Shown here piece by piece: positions 14,154-26,730 of a stretch of DNA of 64,000 nt (within the stretch, counting starts at the first letter, position 1; every line of letters starts with the position of its first letter). This DNA is from Epiperipatus broadwayi (taxonomy: Eukaryota; Animalia; Onychophora): positions 2,914,001 through 2,978,000 of the forward strand of contig JAQFVV010000004.1 of NCBI GenBank assembly GCA_028023455.1. The letters run 5' to 3'. The notes beneath the pieces are model-generated. The model did no database searches and had not been told where the DNA came from. It saw nothing but the letters and a program-made list of their open reading frames with translations. A program made the translations under genes and the position numbers.

Positions 14154-16481
14154 TCATTGAGGAATAAGAACTATTCTATGTAAATAATATTTTTTATTTT
14201 TACTTTTACAGCATCTTGATTCAGATTATTTGAGAAAACAAGGCAGTTGTTAAATTTCTTTATCACATCACAAATCTCAATTTTTTTTCTTTTGCGTGAA
14301 TATGATTATTGGACTTACCTGTTGTTTAAATTTTATCAATTAATTATATATCAAACAAAGCTTTTAACATTTTGATTCACTAATTATGTCTATTATATTT
14401 TTGAAATTTCTTTAAAATTTTATAATTATTTTCAAAAACTATTTTTATCTAATACTCATTTTACTTTTTCTTAAAATAACACTTTTTGTCTTTTTATTTG
14501 AGAACAAATGACTCTTAATAGAAAAAAAAAACTTCCTTGCCAGTATATATATATATTTTTTATTATGTATTATATATTTTTTCATTTTCTTTAGTGATAA
14601 TGCACAATTTTTTTTCTGATGTATTAATGTTATTTTCCCAAAATATCAGGATGATTTAAATTTTTTTCACTATCTTCTCATCTTTTTAAAATAACTTACA
14701 TAAGAGACTTTAAGAAATAAATAAAAAATATCAATGGAAATTTTCTGTTGTTATTATTTATAAATTAGAGTTCAGAAATTTTAATAATCAACATCATACT
14801 TTCAAAATAATAAAAAAAAAATACTATGCAAATATGTATAAGATAAACATTTTTGAATTAAAATATTTAACATTATGTACAAGTTGTGAAATTATTACAG
14901 AGAATTAATACAATACAAATTCCACGAGTATGATTATTCAGATATGATTTCCATAAAACATCAATTAATATATGCCAAGGAATATTTGATTCTAAATTTT
15001 CCAATATTGTTTAGCTACTGAGATACTAATTATAGAAAAGATTTGTATGTCACTTTCAAAAGTATATTTGTATAATTAAAAACAAATTAATCAATATTAA
15101 TTAATAATAATAATTACATGTAGTCTTAATTCTTGATCTTTAGTATATACATGCATCATTTTCTCATATTATCTGCTTTTCTTAGTTCTAAAGTCATTGT
15201 AAAAAAGTACACTTTCATATGTGGCTTTTTAACTCTAATTTTTTTTTCACACCATTGAAAAATTACAACACTGTTACAATATTTCTAGATTGATATTTTA
15301 TTTCTTAAATATGAAATGACAGTTTCATTATTTTATTAAAAAAATAATTATCTTAATTCTTATAACTTTGAGTTAACTTTCTTTTATCTTTTTTAAAATC
15401 AAAAACAAATAATTTTGCAGCCAATCTTCTCACATTCAACATACCTTATTTAAAATTATTTTTCTGCAAATAAAATTATTTCATTACTATCCTATATAAA
15501 GATTGTCTCAGAAACCTTAGAAAAAGTTATCCATATAAATGTAAGCAGACATATCTGTTCAGATGAATTTCTTATATATGCAATCAATATGTAATCACAT
15601 TTTATAAAAGCCCCAATAAATTATTAATTTAAAGTTATTTTTCAGCAAATAAAATTATTATACTGTAGTTGTTATCCAAAAAAAAAAATACTGTTAATTG
15701 TCATATAAACACTTATAGAAGATTTATATTTCAGGCAATTCATTTATATATGTATGAGTTGAGAGTTCTCCAATTAAATTATTCAGATTGCTTTAATCTT
15801 AATGATATTTTGTTACAATTATTTACCCTCGTATTTCTGTTGTTATTATAGTGGTGTATGGCATTTATTTTGAAATCCATTGAGCTTAGCTTATATATTT
15901 GATAATATTGTTTAGCCTTGATAATGTTATTTTGATTCTCTGATCCGAATGAGAGCATAAATTACATTTTGTATCATTGTAATTTAGCTACTATTTTATC
16001 GAGTTACAATTTGGTTTGCCCAAAATGTTAGCTTTGATCAGCGAGAAGGTTCCGGTCAATTGTCATGATGAAGCATTTGTTGGCTATTATACTTTAGGTT
16101 TATGGGATTTCTCTGAGTATGTTATAGATAATCTTTAGCAATAACATAATCAGAAAAATACCAGTTAGAAACAGTCATCTTAAACTGAAATAATGTTTCA
16201 GCAATAATTGTATAACAAACTTTAAACAAAAGATGAATCAGCTTTTACTTTATTACCAAGATTATCTAAGAATCATAAATCACACATTAATAATTTTCAC
16301 AAATTATTAACATCTGATCTATGATAATCAAGAATATATGTAACTCTCTATGTAATTTACTAGTGCAGTATTAATATGTAATTTTAATCAGAAGGGAATT
16401 ACATCCTGTCCACATGTGCTGTAATGTTGTTCTAATACCCCAATGATGTTTTGTTCAGTATATGGATACTGCCAAACCAAT

Positions 16482-16829
16482 GCACAAGGTAGAGACTTTG
16501 AAAACATAAGAGTGGTTGTTTTATCTTTGTACCTAAATTCACTTATACAGGCCAACTAAATTTTGAAATGAGAGCATGAATATGTCCCATTGACCACTTT
16601 ACATCCATTTGAAAAGATAAGAATAGGCATCTTATCTCTGTATCTAAATTCACTTATACTGGTCAATTTACTTTTGGAATGAGAGTATGAATGTGTTCCA
16701 TTGATATCTAAAATAATTAATAGAAGAACATGCTCTCATTTTAAGATGCTTTATATTGGCCTATATAAGTGAATTTAGCAACAAAGATAAGATGGTAACT
16801 CTTTTCTTTTCAAAGCCTCTATCTTGTGC
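16482..16829. mobile_element. MITE with ~110-bp TIRs and an internal extra tandem copy of the TIR
   Basis: GCACAAGGTAGAGACTTTGAAAA at 16482 versus TTTTCAAAGCCTCTATCTTGTGC ending 16829. The TAAATTCACTTATAC block occurs three times (two direct, one inverted). Confidence 0.75.
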
Positions 16830-17539
16830 TCTATTTGAGAGTATTCTTCATACTCAACAAAATATTGTTGAAGTATTAAAACAACTTTATAATGGATATG
16901 TATGATGTATAATTATCTTCTGATTAAAATAAATTAAAATAATAAACTAAGAGCAAACTCACTTTATTTTAATATTTGTCAGACAAATAATATTACTAAA
17001 TGGTGTGGCTTCAGTTTGGAAAGCCTTTATCGTAACTGAAATTTATCTATAGAATACACAAAGAAATTTTGTTAAAGTTATTAATATTTGCATCTAAAAA
17101 CAATAACAAAAATTATGCTTCATATTCATAGCTGAGTGCAGTTGGTAGTAATGAGGGGGAGTATTCTAATTTATGCTAATTGGTTAGGTGTTGTGTTTTA
17201 GTATTTTATTTTGTTTAAATTTTGTCAGGATTAATTTGTCCATCTTTTTGAAATGGTGAAAACAGGTGTCTTTTCTGTTGATAGATTGAGTGTCATTATT
17301 TATGAAGTATGCTTCCTTTATTTTCTGACTAAAAACATATTAAAATCTTTTAATTATTATTATTAATATATACAAAAATCTCATCAATTATACTAACAAC
17401 TGCTACAATTACATGTTGTCTAAAATCCTAATTGGGGTTTTATATATTCTACATTATAAATAACTAAGTGTAATAACAATAATTTACAATATTAATAAGC
17501 TTTGAACATACAGCTATTTTAAAAATCTTTTAGCAATTA

Positions 17540-18690
17540 CATTGGGAACAAAAACAATTTTGTTCAATGAAATTATATTTATTAGAGGTTTCAGTTTTCA
17601 CAATAGTTGTAATTACTGAATGTATCATTAGTTTAGTAGGATTGGTTTTGATTTTTACAGTAAGTCTCATGCAGAAAAATACACAAAATTTCTTTAAACC
17701 TTTCCTACACAATTTTTTTATTTCAAAGTTTATTCTATAAAATTTTACTATTGTTTATATTATATACTTGTTTTAATGAGTATTTTATATCTTGCGGATG
17801 AGTTCTTCATGAAGATTTTTTTGTCTACAAACACAAAGGAAAAACACCATTGTTTTTGTAAAACAAATATACTAAGCATATTTTGGCAAAAAATTTGGGA
17901 AAGAAAACAACAGGTAGCACATAATATTTGTATGAAACTACTTTGATACTGGAAACAAAGAAGCTGGAATTGGCTCAACTTTAGTGTGGTGATGATAGAA
18001 AGTGAGTCACAAAATCACTTTCATGATTTCTACCTTTATTCATGGATGTGAAAGATAACAACTAGTTCAAAAAGGATATTTGGATATATCTAACACAGAA
18101 TCTCCTAATCACCAATATGACGTAGGAAAAATTTGCTCATGCTAGTGTTTATGACCTTACTAAGATTTCATGCGATGTTATTGAAGCATTAAACACTCAA
18201 AAGTACAAGAAGTAATAGCAGTCACAAAAGTGATTTTGAAAGGGGCAGTTCAAAACCAAAGTTAACTCAAGGATTTGGCTCATAATTTAAATTTGTCAAA
18301 AATATCTGCTGAAATTCTTGCATCAACATTTAAAGAAAATTATTCACTTCATCCAGAATTATACTTTATCAAATTAGAGAGCAAAACCTTCTTCCTTAGT
18401 TTAGTGAAGAAAATGACCTTAGGTATTGTAACAATGTTTCTGGACTTCTACTACTGATTGATCTATCGGAATATTGATCAGAAAATTGGTGACTCTTTAT
18501 AGACAGTTCAAAAAGAATTTTAAAGGGAGAATGGTTTCACAAAGAAATAAGAACAATAAAAAGATGACACCAAATATGGTGGGACTACTACATGATGGTA
18601 TACTACTGTCTGACCTTAACAAAGAGATTCTCCTATTAGCAGTTGAAAACTCTCCACACAGAAGTGCCATCCAGGGCAAGCCTTAGTAAT
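17540..18690 (+). mobile_element. Internally deleted Chapaev3-like (CMC superfamily) DNA transposon remnant
   Basis: Degenerate peptides QRKNTIVFVKQIY*AYFGKKFG, LAHNLNLSKISAEILAS, LFIDSSKRILK, joined directly to GEWFHKEIRTIKR*HQIWWDYYMMVYYC. These match the family motifs QRKNITDFVK..Y.AYFG, LSKE.AELL.S, FIDSSKRSLK and GERFHQD...Y...W...MM.DYCW. The superfamily assignment is from memory. Confidence 0.7.
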
Positions 18691-18709
18691 TCATGAATTT
18701 AGGAAAGTT

Positions 18710-18835
18710 TGTGCATAAAATCCTACCTTGTGTCTACTCATCCAACATCCCCTTTCATAAGTGAGGAGCTTTATCCAAGAGCACTGACACTTGGCATTAC
18801 TATATAGAGAGTTTGCTATTGCTAATAACTTGGGT
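18710..18835. mobile_element. Partial family M MITE fragment
   Basis: GCATAAAATCCTACCTTGTGTCTACTCATCCAACATCCCC and CACTGACACTTGGCATTACTATATAGAGAGTTTGCTA match family M body and TIR. Confidence 0.55.
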
Positions 18836-20513
18836 AAGCATAGGGCATGGTGATAATGTGAAGTTTTGGCGAAATTATCCCAAATAGAAACATAGTAGAA
18901 AATCATAAATGTTTTTTCATAATAATTTTGCAAGACTGAGATTAAAAAAATAAAAGTCTTTATTTATTTAATACTATTTTTTTTTGTACTTTTTTTGACA
19001 TTATAATACATTGGGCTTAGCTCAAAAACTATTGCTAATCCAAAAAATATATTAATTTTATATTTAAAATTGTAAAAATATTGGGTGGGCTTCAACTTGA
19101 AAAAATGTCTTAGCTTTCTCTGAAAAAGAGTATAAAAGGGTTTATAAAGATAACATTCCACAATGGCTATTTTTTCCCCTCTAATCGTGTAACTCCATTC
19201 TTAGAAGAGTTGTAATATATACTACATTCAGGAGGTCAACATTAAGGTTCCGAATCAGAGAATCACAGATGCCATAGAAGAAGTTCAAGAGCATGATGCT
19301 TCATATATAATGAAAGTTGGACTTTAAATCCAAGGTGATTGAAACCTTTTTATGTTTCAAGCATGTTTAAGATGTTTTTACATAGTTCATTCTTAGCCAA
19401 TTTACTATTATTAATCAGATAATAGGCATTTACTTATTCTTATTAAAAAGGTAAAACATGTATAGAAAACTTTACTATCCAGCATTGTGAACTAGTCTAG
19501 TGAATAATGTCTTCTCTTTGTATATCAATACCCACCTTCAAAAATTCTCTGAATACTAAACAATTTAATTGAATAAGAACGATTTCAAAGTTTATTTAGA
19601 TACTATAAATATATAATTATATGTTTAGTTGCTTGGAAGGTCAAATGATATTTGATATTAAAAAAGAAAACAAGCCCTTCGTGGTTTAGTATTATGGTAG
19701 AATGTCGGAATCTGGAGTGTCAAGTCATCAGATCACAAAATTCTGCCATATTTGGTGCTCTAACTTCTACAAACTTCTAAGCATTAAAGCCATGTGATTA
19801 TTTTTGAAGTAGAAGATTGAGTACAATAGTTCCATTCAACTGATTCATGAATCATTCTATTATAGTACTATATTTTAGTGACCATCTAAACACTGTATAA
19901 CAACTGATGTAATTATTTCTAAGCTGAATACAAACAATTCTTAATATAAATAACATCCCAACACCAGGTATTTACATTATTTTGTCCAAAACTTAATTGA
20001 ATATGAACAATAATTATGTATTATAATCACATTCAAATTTATATATACCTTTATTGTACATAAATTTATATAAAATTTACTTCCTTAATTAATATATATT
20101 ATCCAATAATTTAAAGATAAGTTATAAAAAAACAACATATTTTTTTGTTCAAAAATAGCTTTATCTTAAAAAAATTGCTTAAACATTGGATATGTTATTT
20201 TATTACTTTCAGTTGCATTTTTACAATATTTTCAATTTTATCCAACACACCTTGCAGGTTTTGAGTTCTATGATTCCAGCCTTAGTAGTCGAAAGCATGC
20301 TCAGCAAGTTCTAAAAATCTCAATACAGAATTATCTTTTCTTTTTCAAGCACTCAAAACGTTGATTAATATGCATTAAAACTGGTATCGCAAATTGAAAT
20401 CACATCATCATATGAGTCACCTTTAAACTAAAAATGAAACTTTTTTGAGGTATGTCTTAGGTTTAAATAAGAAAGATATTAGCAGATATTAATATTTTAT
20501 ATATATATATAAG

Positions 20514-20697
20514 CTAGAAATATCACAACTTACCAAATATTTTCACAAGTAAATAAACCTCTCCATAAAGTGCTACATTAATAATTAGAGAACTTATATC
20601 TATATCTAGAAATATCACAACTTACCAAATATTTTCACAAGTAAATAAACCTCTCCATAAAGTGCTACATTAATAATTAGAGAACTTATATCTATAT
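20514..20697. repeat. Near-perfect tandem duplication, 92-bp unit x2
   Basis: CTAGAAATATCACAACTTACC...GAACTTATATCTATAT at 20514 and 20606. Confidence 0.95.
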
Positions 20698-20744
20698 ATA
20701 TTATTTTATTGACTAATTTAGTTTTAGGCTTTTAATATATATAT

Positions 20745-21035
20745 ATATATAATTATAAGAGACTTGAACTCAGACTTTCAAACTCCCTACAGCTAACCAA
20801 TACATCTTGTACAACCAATACAGATGACCACATATATGTGAAAAAGATACCTGATCTCTAATAGATGTATATCATGCTTAACCAGTGCTCATCAATTGGT
20901 CCAGATCACCATCTCCCACATATGTATATACAATCAGTGCTCAATTTATATTAAGATAACAAATCTTCAAACTTTAAGATGGATTGTATAGATGTAGGGA
21001 GTTTGAACATCTTGGTTCAAATCCTTATAATTACA
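20745..21035 (-). mobile_element. Family H copy with short inverted second arm
   Basis: Reverse complement contains GATGGTGATCTGGACCAA-TTGATGA-GCACTGGTTAAGCAT-GATA (decayed hammerhead). Inverted end at ~20975-21035. Confidence 0.7.
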
Positions 21036-21117
21036 TTAAGTTTAGTATAGAAAATATACATGTATTTAAATATTATTTAAATATACATATTAAAACTTCT
21101 AATGATATTTTTCATAT

Positions 21118-21184
21118 ATAGATAGATAGGTCGATAGATCAATCGATCGATCGATCGATCGATAGATAGATAGATAGATAGATA
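21118..21184. repeat. (GATA)n/(GATC)n compound microsatellite
   Basis: GATAGATAGGTCGATAGATCAATCGATCGATCGATCGATCGATAGATAGATAGATAGATAGATA. Confidence 0.95.
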
Positions 21185-21419
21185 AAGGTTCAGCCATAGT
21201 ATAAACTGATAAGCAATCAATTTAAAATTGACATTGTAAACTTCAATTGTTATAGACTGATAGTATTTATATGTCTGACTCATATTTATGTCAAAAATGA
21301 AACACCATTAGATTATGCTCTATAAAATAATTTTGTAATTGTTGTATATAACTTTTTAAGAGAGGGAATTATCCACTCAATAGATAACTTTTAGATAAGT
21401 TCTTGGCTTTGGGTTGGTA

Positions 21420-21640
21420 CTTTTAGATCTAGTGTCTGAACCTACCCCGACACCTCTCTGAGGAGTGCCAAAGCACAAAACCATGGTCAGGGGTTTGGGG
21501 AGGGATTCCTGAGATATTTTAAGTTCTGGCTCTGGATAAGCATTTATCAAAAAGCTTGTAGAGGAATTGGCAATCCTCACTGTTTATAATAGAGTCATGT
21601 GATCTATGACTCTTATTTTGACTATTTATAGGGGGTTATT
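21420..21640 (+). mobile_element. Family D hammerhead-bearing non-coding repeat, copy 1
   Basis: ~220 bp homologous to the reverse complement of 40335-40556. No ORF homology recognised. Confidence 0.8.
21453..21493 (+). ncRNA. Type I hammerhead ribozyme motif (family D)
   Basis: CCTCT-CTGAGGA-GTGC-CAAA-GCAC-AAAA-CCATGG-TC-AGGGG. The only defect is G12>A (CpG-type change). Palindromic stem III ACCATGGT, GUC triplet. Confidence 0.75.
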
Positions 21641-22294
21641 TAGTTGTGAAAATATTTGGGAAGCTGAATTCAGCTTTCTTGTATATAAAGTATTGATATC
21701 TGATCTGCATATTTTTCTTATTTAAAACAATGACATAAACTAAATGCAGGGTCCAGTTTTGGTTTATAGGGAATACATAAATAAATTATATTTCTAGATG
21801 AGACTCTAGTTTGCTTTGACTTTGGTAAAGGTTTGCTGCTCGATTATAACCACACTGAACATTGGCTAAAATATATATATGGAAAATTTTATTAAATTTC
21901 AATGTTTGCATTTATAAGTCAGAGAAAATGTTCTATATATAACAATTTAAGAAAGAAATATATTTACATATGAAAATATGAGAAATGGTGATACTTCAAA
22001 CTTTTCTACACACAAAGTAATGATATCTGATGTATATTTCACATTTAAAAAAAGAGCATAGACTAAAGCAATTTTATTTTTGATTTAGAAGTAAATCATA
22101 CAAATAAATACTATTATTAGTCAATAACATTTCAGTTAGCAACATCAGGATTTTAATTGTCCGCTTGTTTGTTTATATTATAGTTGAACAATCTTAAAAA
22201 AATAGATAAAAAGTCCTGCCAAAATTTCAATATATACATTTATAAATCAATGAAAATCTAAAAATATTCTAATTATTTATATTAGGTATAGAGA

Positions 22295-22580
22295 CTTCAG
22301 ACCAGTCGATGAAGTATGGAGAGATATATATTAAGAGTAACAAGAAAAGGTTGAAAATAAAATATATAGGTGAAAGAACAAACATGTGTTACTGATATTG
22401 AAACAATTATAAAATTGAAGTGAAGCTAGGCTGGACACATTGCTAGAAGAAATGATAACGAGTGGACAGTTTAAATTTAAACAGGATTCCAAGAGATTAT
22501 AAAAGATCTAGAAAGAAACCACATGTGAGATGAATGGATGAAATAAGGAAGTGTGCTGGGATGATGTGGTTGAAAATGAT
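22295..22580 (+). mobile_element. RTE-clade LINE 3-prime RT fragment
   Basis: SMERYILRVT, AGHIARRND, IPRDYKRSRKKPHVRWMDEIRKCAG resemble the RTE C-terminal motifs AMERAMLG, WAGHIARR and W.PR..KR..GRP..RW.D. Confidence 0.75.
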
Positions 22581-22821
22581 GAAGATGATATTAGATATAC
22601 TTAAAACTTTCACTCTATCATACATTCTTGAAATATGCAATGATGTTAACTTTTTATCCTTCTATATGGAATCAACACAAGTGATGTGCCAAGCTTTATA
22701 TTAGTATCACTAATTACTATTTTGTATAGTAGTAAAAACCCAAATAATTACCATCATTATAAATACTATATCAAATATCATTCAAAACTATCAACAGATA
22801 TATTACAAGATTTATATCTTT

Positions 22822-23116
22822 GTATTTATATGTTGAATTATTCCCATCATCTAATATGAGAATGACTCAGTTAGCTAGAGCATTATCTTAAAATTCAATA
22901 TTCAAGAATCTAAGGGTCCAGGTTTGATTTCCATTGTCAACTAATCAGGCCAGCAACACCTGAAGAAGAAGGGAGAATAATACCTCACGAAATATTGTGC
23001 ATACATTAATCTATTATAACAGTTGAATGTATTTGAAATATTTAAATAAAGTTAATTTTTTCTAAAAACATTCAATACTCATATTAGATGATGATAATAG
23101 TCCAACATATAAATAC
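22822..23116 (+). mobile_element. Family E: tRNA-Lys-like head, hammerhead-like tail, 40-bp terminal inverted duplication
   Basis: A-box-like GACTCAGTTAGCTAGAGCA; AATCTAAGGGTCCAGGTTTGATTTCC resembles the tRNA-Lys(TTT) 3-prime half; CAC-CTGAAGA...GAAA-TATT-GTG at 22957-22999. 22822-22863 is inverted relative to 23077-23116. Confidence 0.65.
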
Positions 23117-24583
23117 AACTAAGACACCATCATCATAAATCTCAGAAAAACACATAATTTATATATCAATATATAGATATGCAAATATATATTAACTTTT
23201 GAAATTTGAATGACAAAGTTATCTATCTAATTTAGTGTCACTTTTATATAGTGATTATTCAAAAATGCTATTAATAAATAATTCAATTCAAAAGAATCAT
23301 TCATAAAACTCTTAAGATTTACAAGATAACATCAACTATAATAAAAATATTGTTTCTCTCCAACTATTATCTTTACATTGTGACTGCTTAACCATGTTAA
23401 ATATCGTTAGATGTAGAAAAAAAAAACTTCATGTATTAGTAATGCTTTAAATTTAAAACATCCCTTATTTTATGTTTTTAACTTTAAAATGTTTGATTTA
23501 ATAATGATATTTTTATAGCTTGTGCTAATCTTAATAAAAAAATATGTTAATTCTAAAAAGTCAAACATATTTAATCTACAAATTGAGAGAGAAAACTATA
23601 TTTAATCATAAGCTACTTAAATTGCTGTCACAAAAATGAAATTTGATAATTAATAATTTAATTTTTCTTTTCATTTGCATTTACATATTATACTTCATCA
23701 CAACATTAATTTTTTAAAATTTAACAAATAAGCATAAAAAAAAAATCTTGCCCAACTAACTGTAAATGATGTACAATATTTGCAAATATAATGATCATTA
23801 TAATTTCCCATGATTCTAAAGTAATCAAAATCAATCAATCAAATGTATATGATTTTATGATTTAATAAAGATTGATTCTTTATTGAAGCAATATATCAGT
23901 AGAGATTTTGATATATTTACTGACAGATGATAGCAAATCAATAAATATAAATTGTGATTGTTTTGTTTGACCTCTAAACATGGTTAGAGAACTTCACAAT
24001 TTGCGTAATCTAATTATAAAATGATGGTCTTCATAGAAATAGAATACTATTGTCTTCAACTAAAAATAGATACACACTTATGTATCCATATCCTTCAGGT
24101 GATTAAAGAAATGAGCAAAGATAGACATGTCAAACATGTGGTCCGAAGGTCACATGCAGCTCAATGCCACCAAATCTGCATCCCACCAAGATGGGTAACC
24201 ATAATAATCACATATTTTTCGACAATAATGGACTTTTTAAAATTATGATTATGCATACATAAATAAAATGGTGTTTGTGCATTATCCTGTCTATTAAGCT
24301 TGGCAGATATAGCTTCACGGATATACAAAAGTGTTAAAACCAAAATAGCTCACAAGTAATGGTCATATTGTTATTTTAAAGAAAGTGTAATTTTTGTAAA
24401 ATAAATTTTAATATTTTCAATATATTTATTATTTTTTGTATTAAATCAACTTATTAATATAAAAATATAAGAAACATAAAGTGTCATATTGTATGCTTTT
24501 CGAGAAGACAGGGTCTCTTACTTTTGTAAATATTTCACTGCATGCTATTTTGTCAAAGAAAAATTCCAAACTTTCATCATTTT

Positions 24584-24690
24584 GCCAAGCATTGGTGGTC
24601 GAGAGATCAGTGACAGCTGCTTTATAAGCAGTTGTCCCGGGTTAGTGGATTCGCTTCCTGGCTGATGCTATGACACATGAGAAAAAAAAA
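24584..24690 (+). mobile_element. tRNA-Gly-derived SINE, copy 3 (inside hAT)
   Basis: CCAAGCATTGGTGGTCGAGAGATCAGTGACAGCTGC...GGATTCGCTTCCTGGCTGATGCTATGACACATGAG plus A9. Confidence 0.85.
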
Positions 24691-25699
24691 CACACTTCCA
24701 AAAATTTTTGTTATTATTAAATGTTGTAGTAAATGCTTTATTGCCTATACAATGTGTCCACAAAATTTATTCAGAGTTATATTGCAAAATGTATTAATCA
24801 TATGAGATAACATTAAGAAATTTTCAGATACGCCCTCTGTGAATAAATATATTTTTCATAGAGGATATAACCGAATGTTTTTTAACATTTGAGATGACTT
24901 GATATTTTAAACTTTTTAACATTTGAGGTGATTTGATATTTATTTCAGATAATGTTATGTGCTGGAATCATAAACATATGATGTACATTATTGTCTTCAT
25001 ATGCAAGGCACATCTGAGATTTAGATAAATCTGGAAACATCTGCTTCATTCCAACAGTATTTTGGGATCTGAATGTGAACAAAAATATAGAAATAATGTT
25101 TTTCTTGAAATTATTACAAATTCATAATAATGTCAAAGCCCTCGACCAGTATGAATAAAAAATGATGTGTTGGTAAAGAACATTGCAATTTTTGATAAAA
25201 ATGGAAATTATAATTTGTATTATTGAACAAAAAATATAATTTTACTTCTGATATGTAGAAACTTCATCACAGTTTGTAAATAATATAATCTCAAGAGGAA
25301 CTATGATCAAAATCATAGAGAATGCTAATACAAATATATGGGGAAACATCAAGAAGATAAAATGTCAGAATTAAAGCTGACATTCAGAAATCAACAAAGT
25401 GTATTAGCCAAGACTACTAGCATATTAAGGTTGTTATTAAAATTTAGCTATTTATTAGCATACTTAACTGCAAGCAAGTCAAAATCATTTGCTGAAAAGG
25501 AATTATTTGTGCATGCATTGTTAAAGCTGTAGATGTGTTGTGTCCAGAACAATTAAAGAAGTTCAAAAATATAAGTTTATCTCGAAATACCATTGCTAGT
25601 TAAATTGATAATAAATCTGAGAATTTAACGAATCAACTAAAATCAATTGTATTTATATATTGGACTATTTCCATCACCTGATATTAATATTTAAACATA

Positions 25700-26730
25700 T
25701 ATTTTTAAGCTAGATATAATTAGAGGGGATTTGAACTCAGCTTCCAATCTCCCTTTTAGTCATCCACTTCATCTCATACAACTGACACACATGACCACTA
25801 TAATGCAAAAAAGATAATTGATCTCCATTATATATATATGTTAAAATGAAGATTTGCACGGGTTAAATATATAAAATACATATTTTGTGGGTTCATCCAT
25901 GTTAAAAACTTTTAATATAAATATACTGACGTTTCAACTTGATCACACAAGTCATCCACAGAGTTATAAAAGGTAGAAAGATGGTTGTAGAGGCGCTACA
26001 ATCACTGATTTGAATAAAACATTAAAATTCCACCAATAGCAAAAATGTTAAATTTAGGAATGTTTTTTTAAAAAATCTTTCCAAATAGGAGGAAGTTTGC
26101 AAGTATCATCTCACTTATTGATACAATCTGGCCTTATGGAATTTTAATGTTTTATTCAAATCAGTGATTGTAGCGCCTCTACAACCATCTTTCTACCTTT
26201 TATAACTCTGTGGATGACTTGTGTGACCAAGTCAAAATGTCAGTATATTCATATTAAGAGTTTTTAACACAGATGAACCCGCAAAATATGTCTTTTATAT
26301 ATATTTGGTGCTGAACACACATTCATCAGCTGGTCCAGATCATCATCTCTCATATATAGTCAATGCTCAGTTTATATTAAGATAACTCTTCAGCCATCCA
26401 CATTATTGAAAATCTGATAATGTCATGTTCAAAGCTCTTGTATGCCACCATCAGATTCTCAAGGATATGGATGGCTGAAGAATTGGAAGAGTGAAGAAGA
26501 TTAAAGCCTATTCATTAAAGTTTGATGATTTGCTGTCGTAATATAAACTGAGCACTGATTATATATATATGGGAGATGATGATCTGGACCAACTGATGAA
26601 ATATGTATATTGGAGATCATTTTTCTTTTTCACATGTATGTTGTTGTGAGTATTGATTGTATAAGATGGAGTTGATGACTAAAAGGGAGCTTGAAAGTCT
26701 GGGTTCAAATTCTCTCTAATTGTATCTAAT
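25700..26730. mobile_element. Family H foldback copy, split by family P insertion
   Basis: Left arm 25700-25830 plus 26306-26450; right arm ~26455-26730. The right-arm hammerhead has stem II deleted (CTGATGAAATATGTATATTGG). Confidence 0.75.
25860..26305. mobile_element. Family P: Penelope 3-prime end with inverted duplication
   Basis: Arms ~25867-26030 and ~26137-26305 are inverted. Sequence is homologous to 60835-61100, which is contiguous with a GIY-YIG reading frame. Confidence 0.85.

Noticed and set aside
16065-16116. Box C/D snoRNA (ATGATGA ... CTGA)
   Set aside because: No terminal stem, no clear C-prime/D-prime boxes, and no rRNA-complementary guide that I could recognise.
19675-19750. 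tRNA-like head
   Set aside because: Only an A-box-like stretch, with no B box or cloverleaf.
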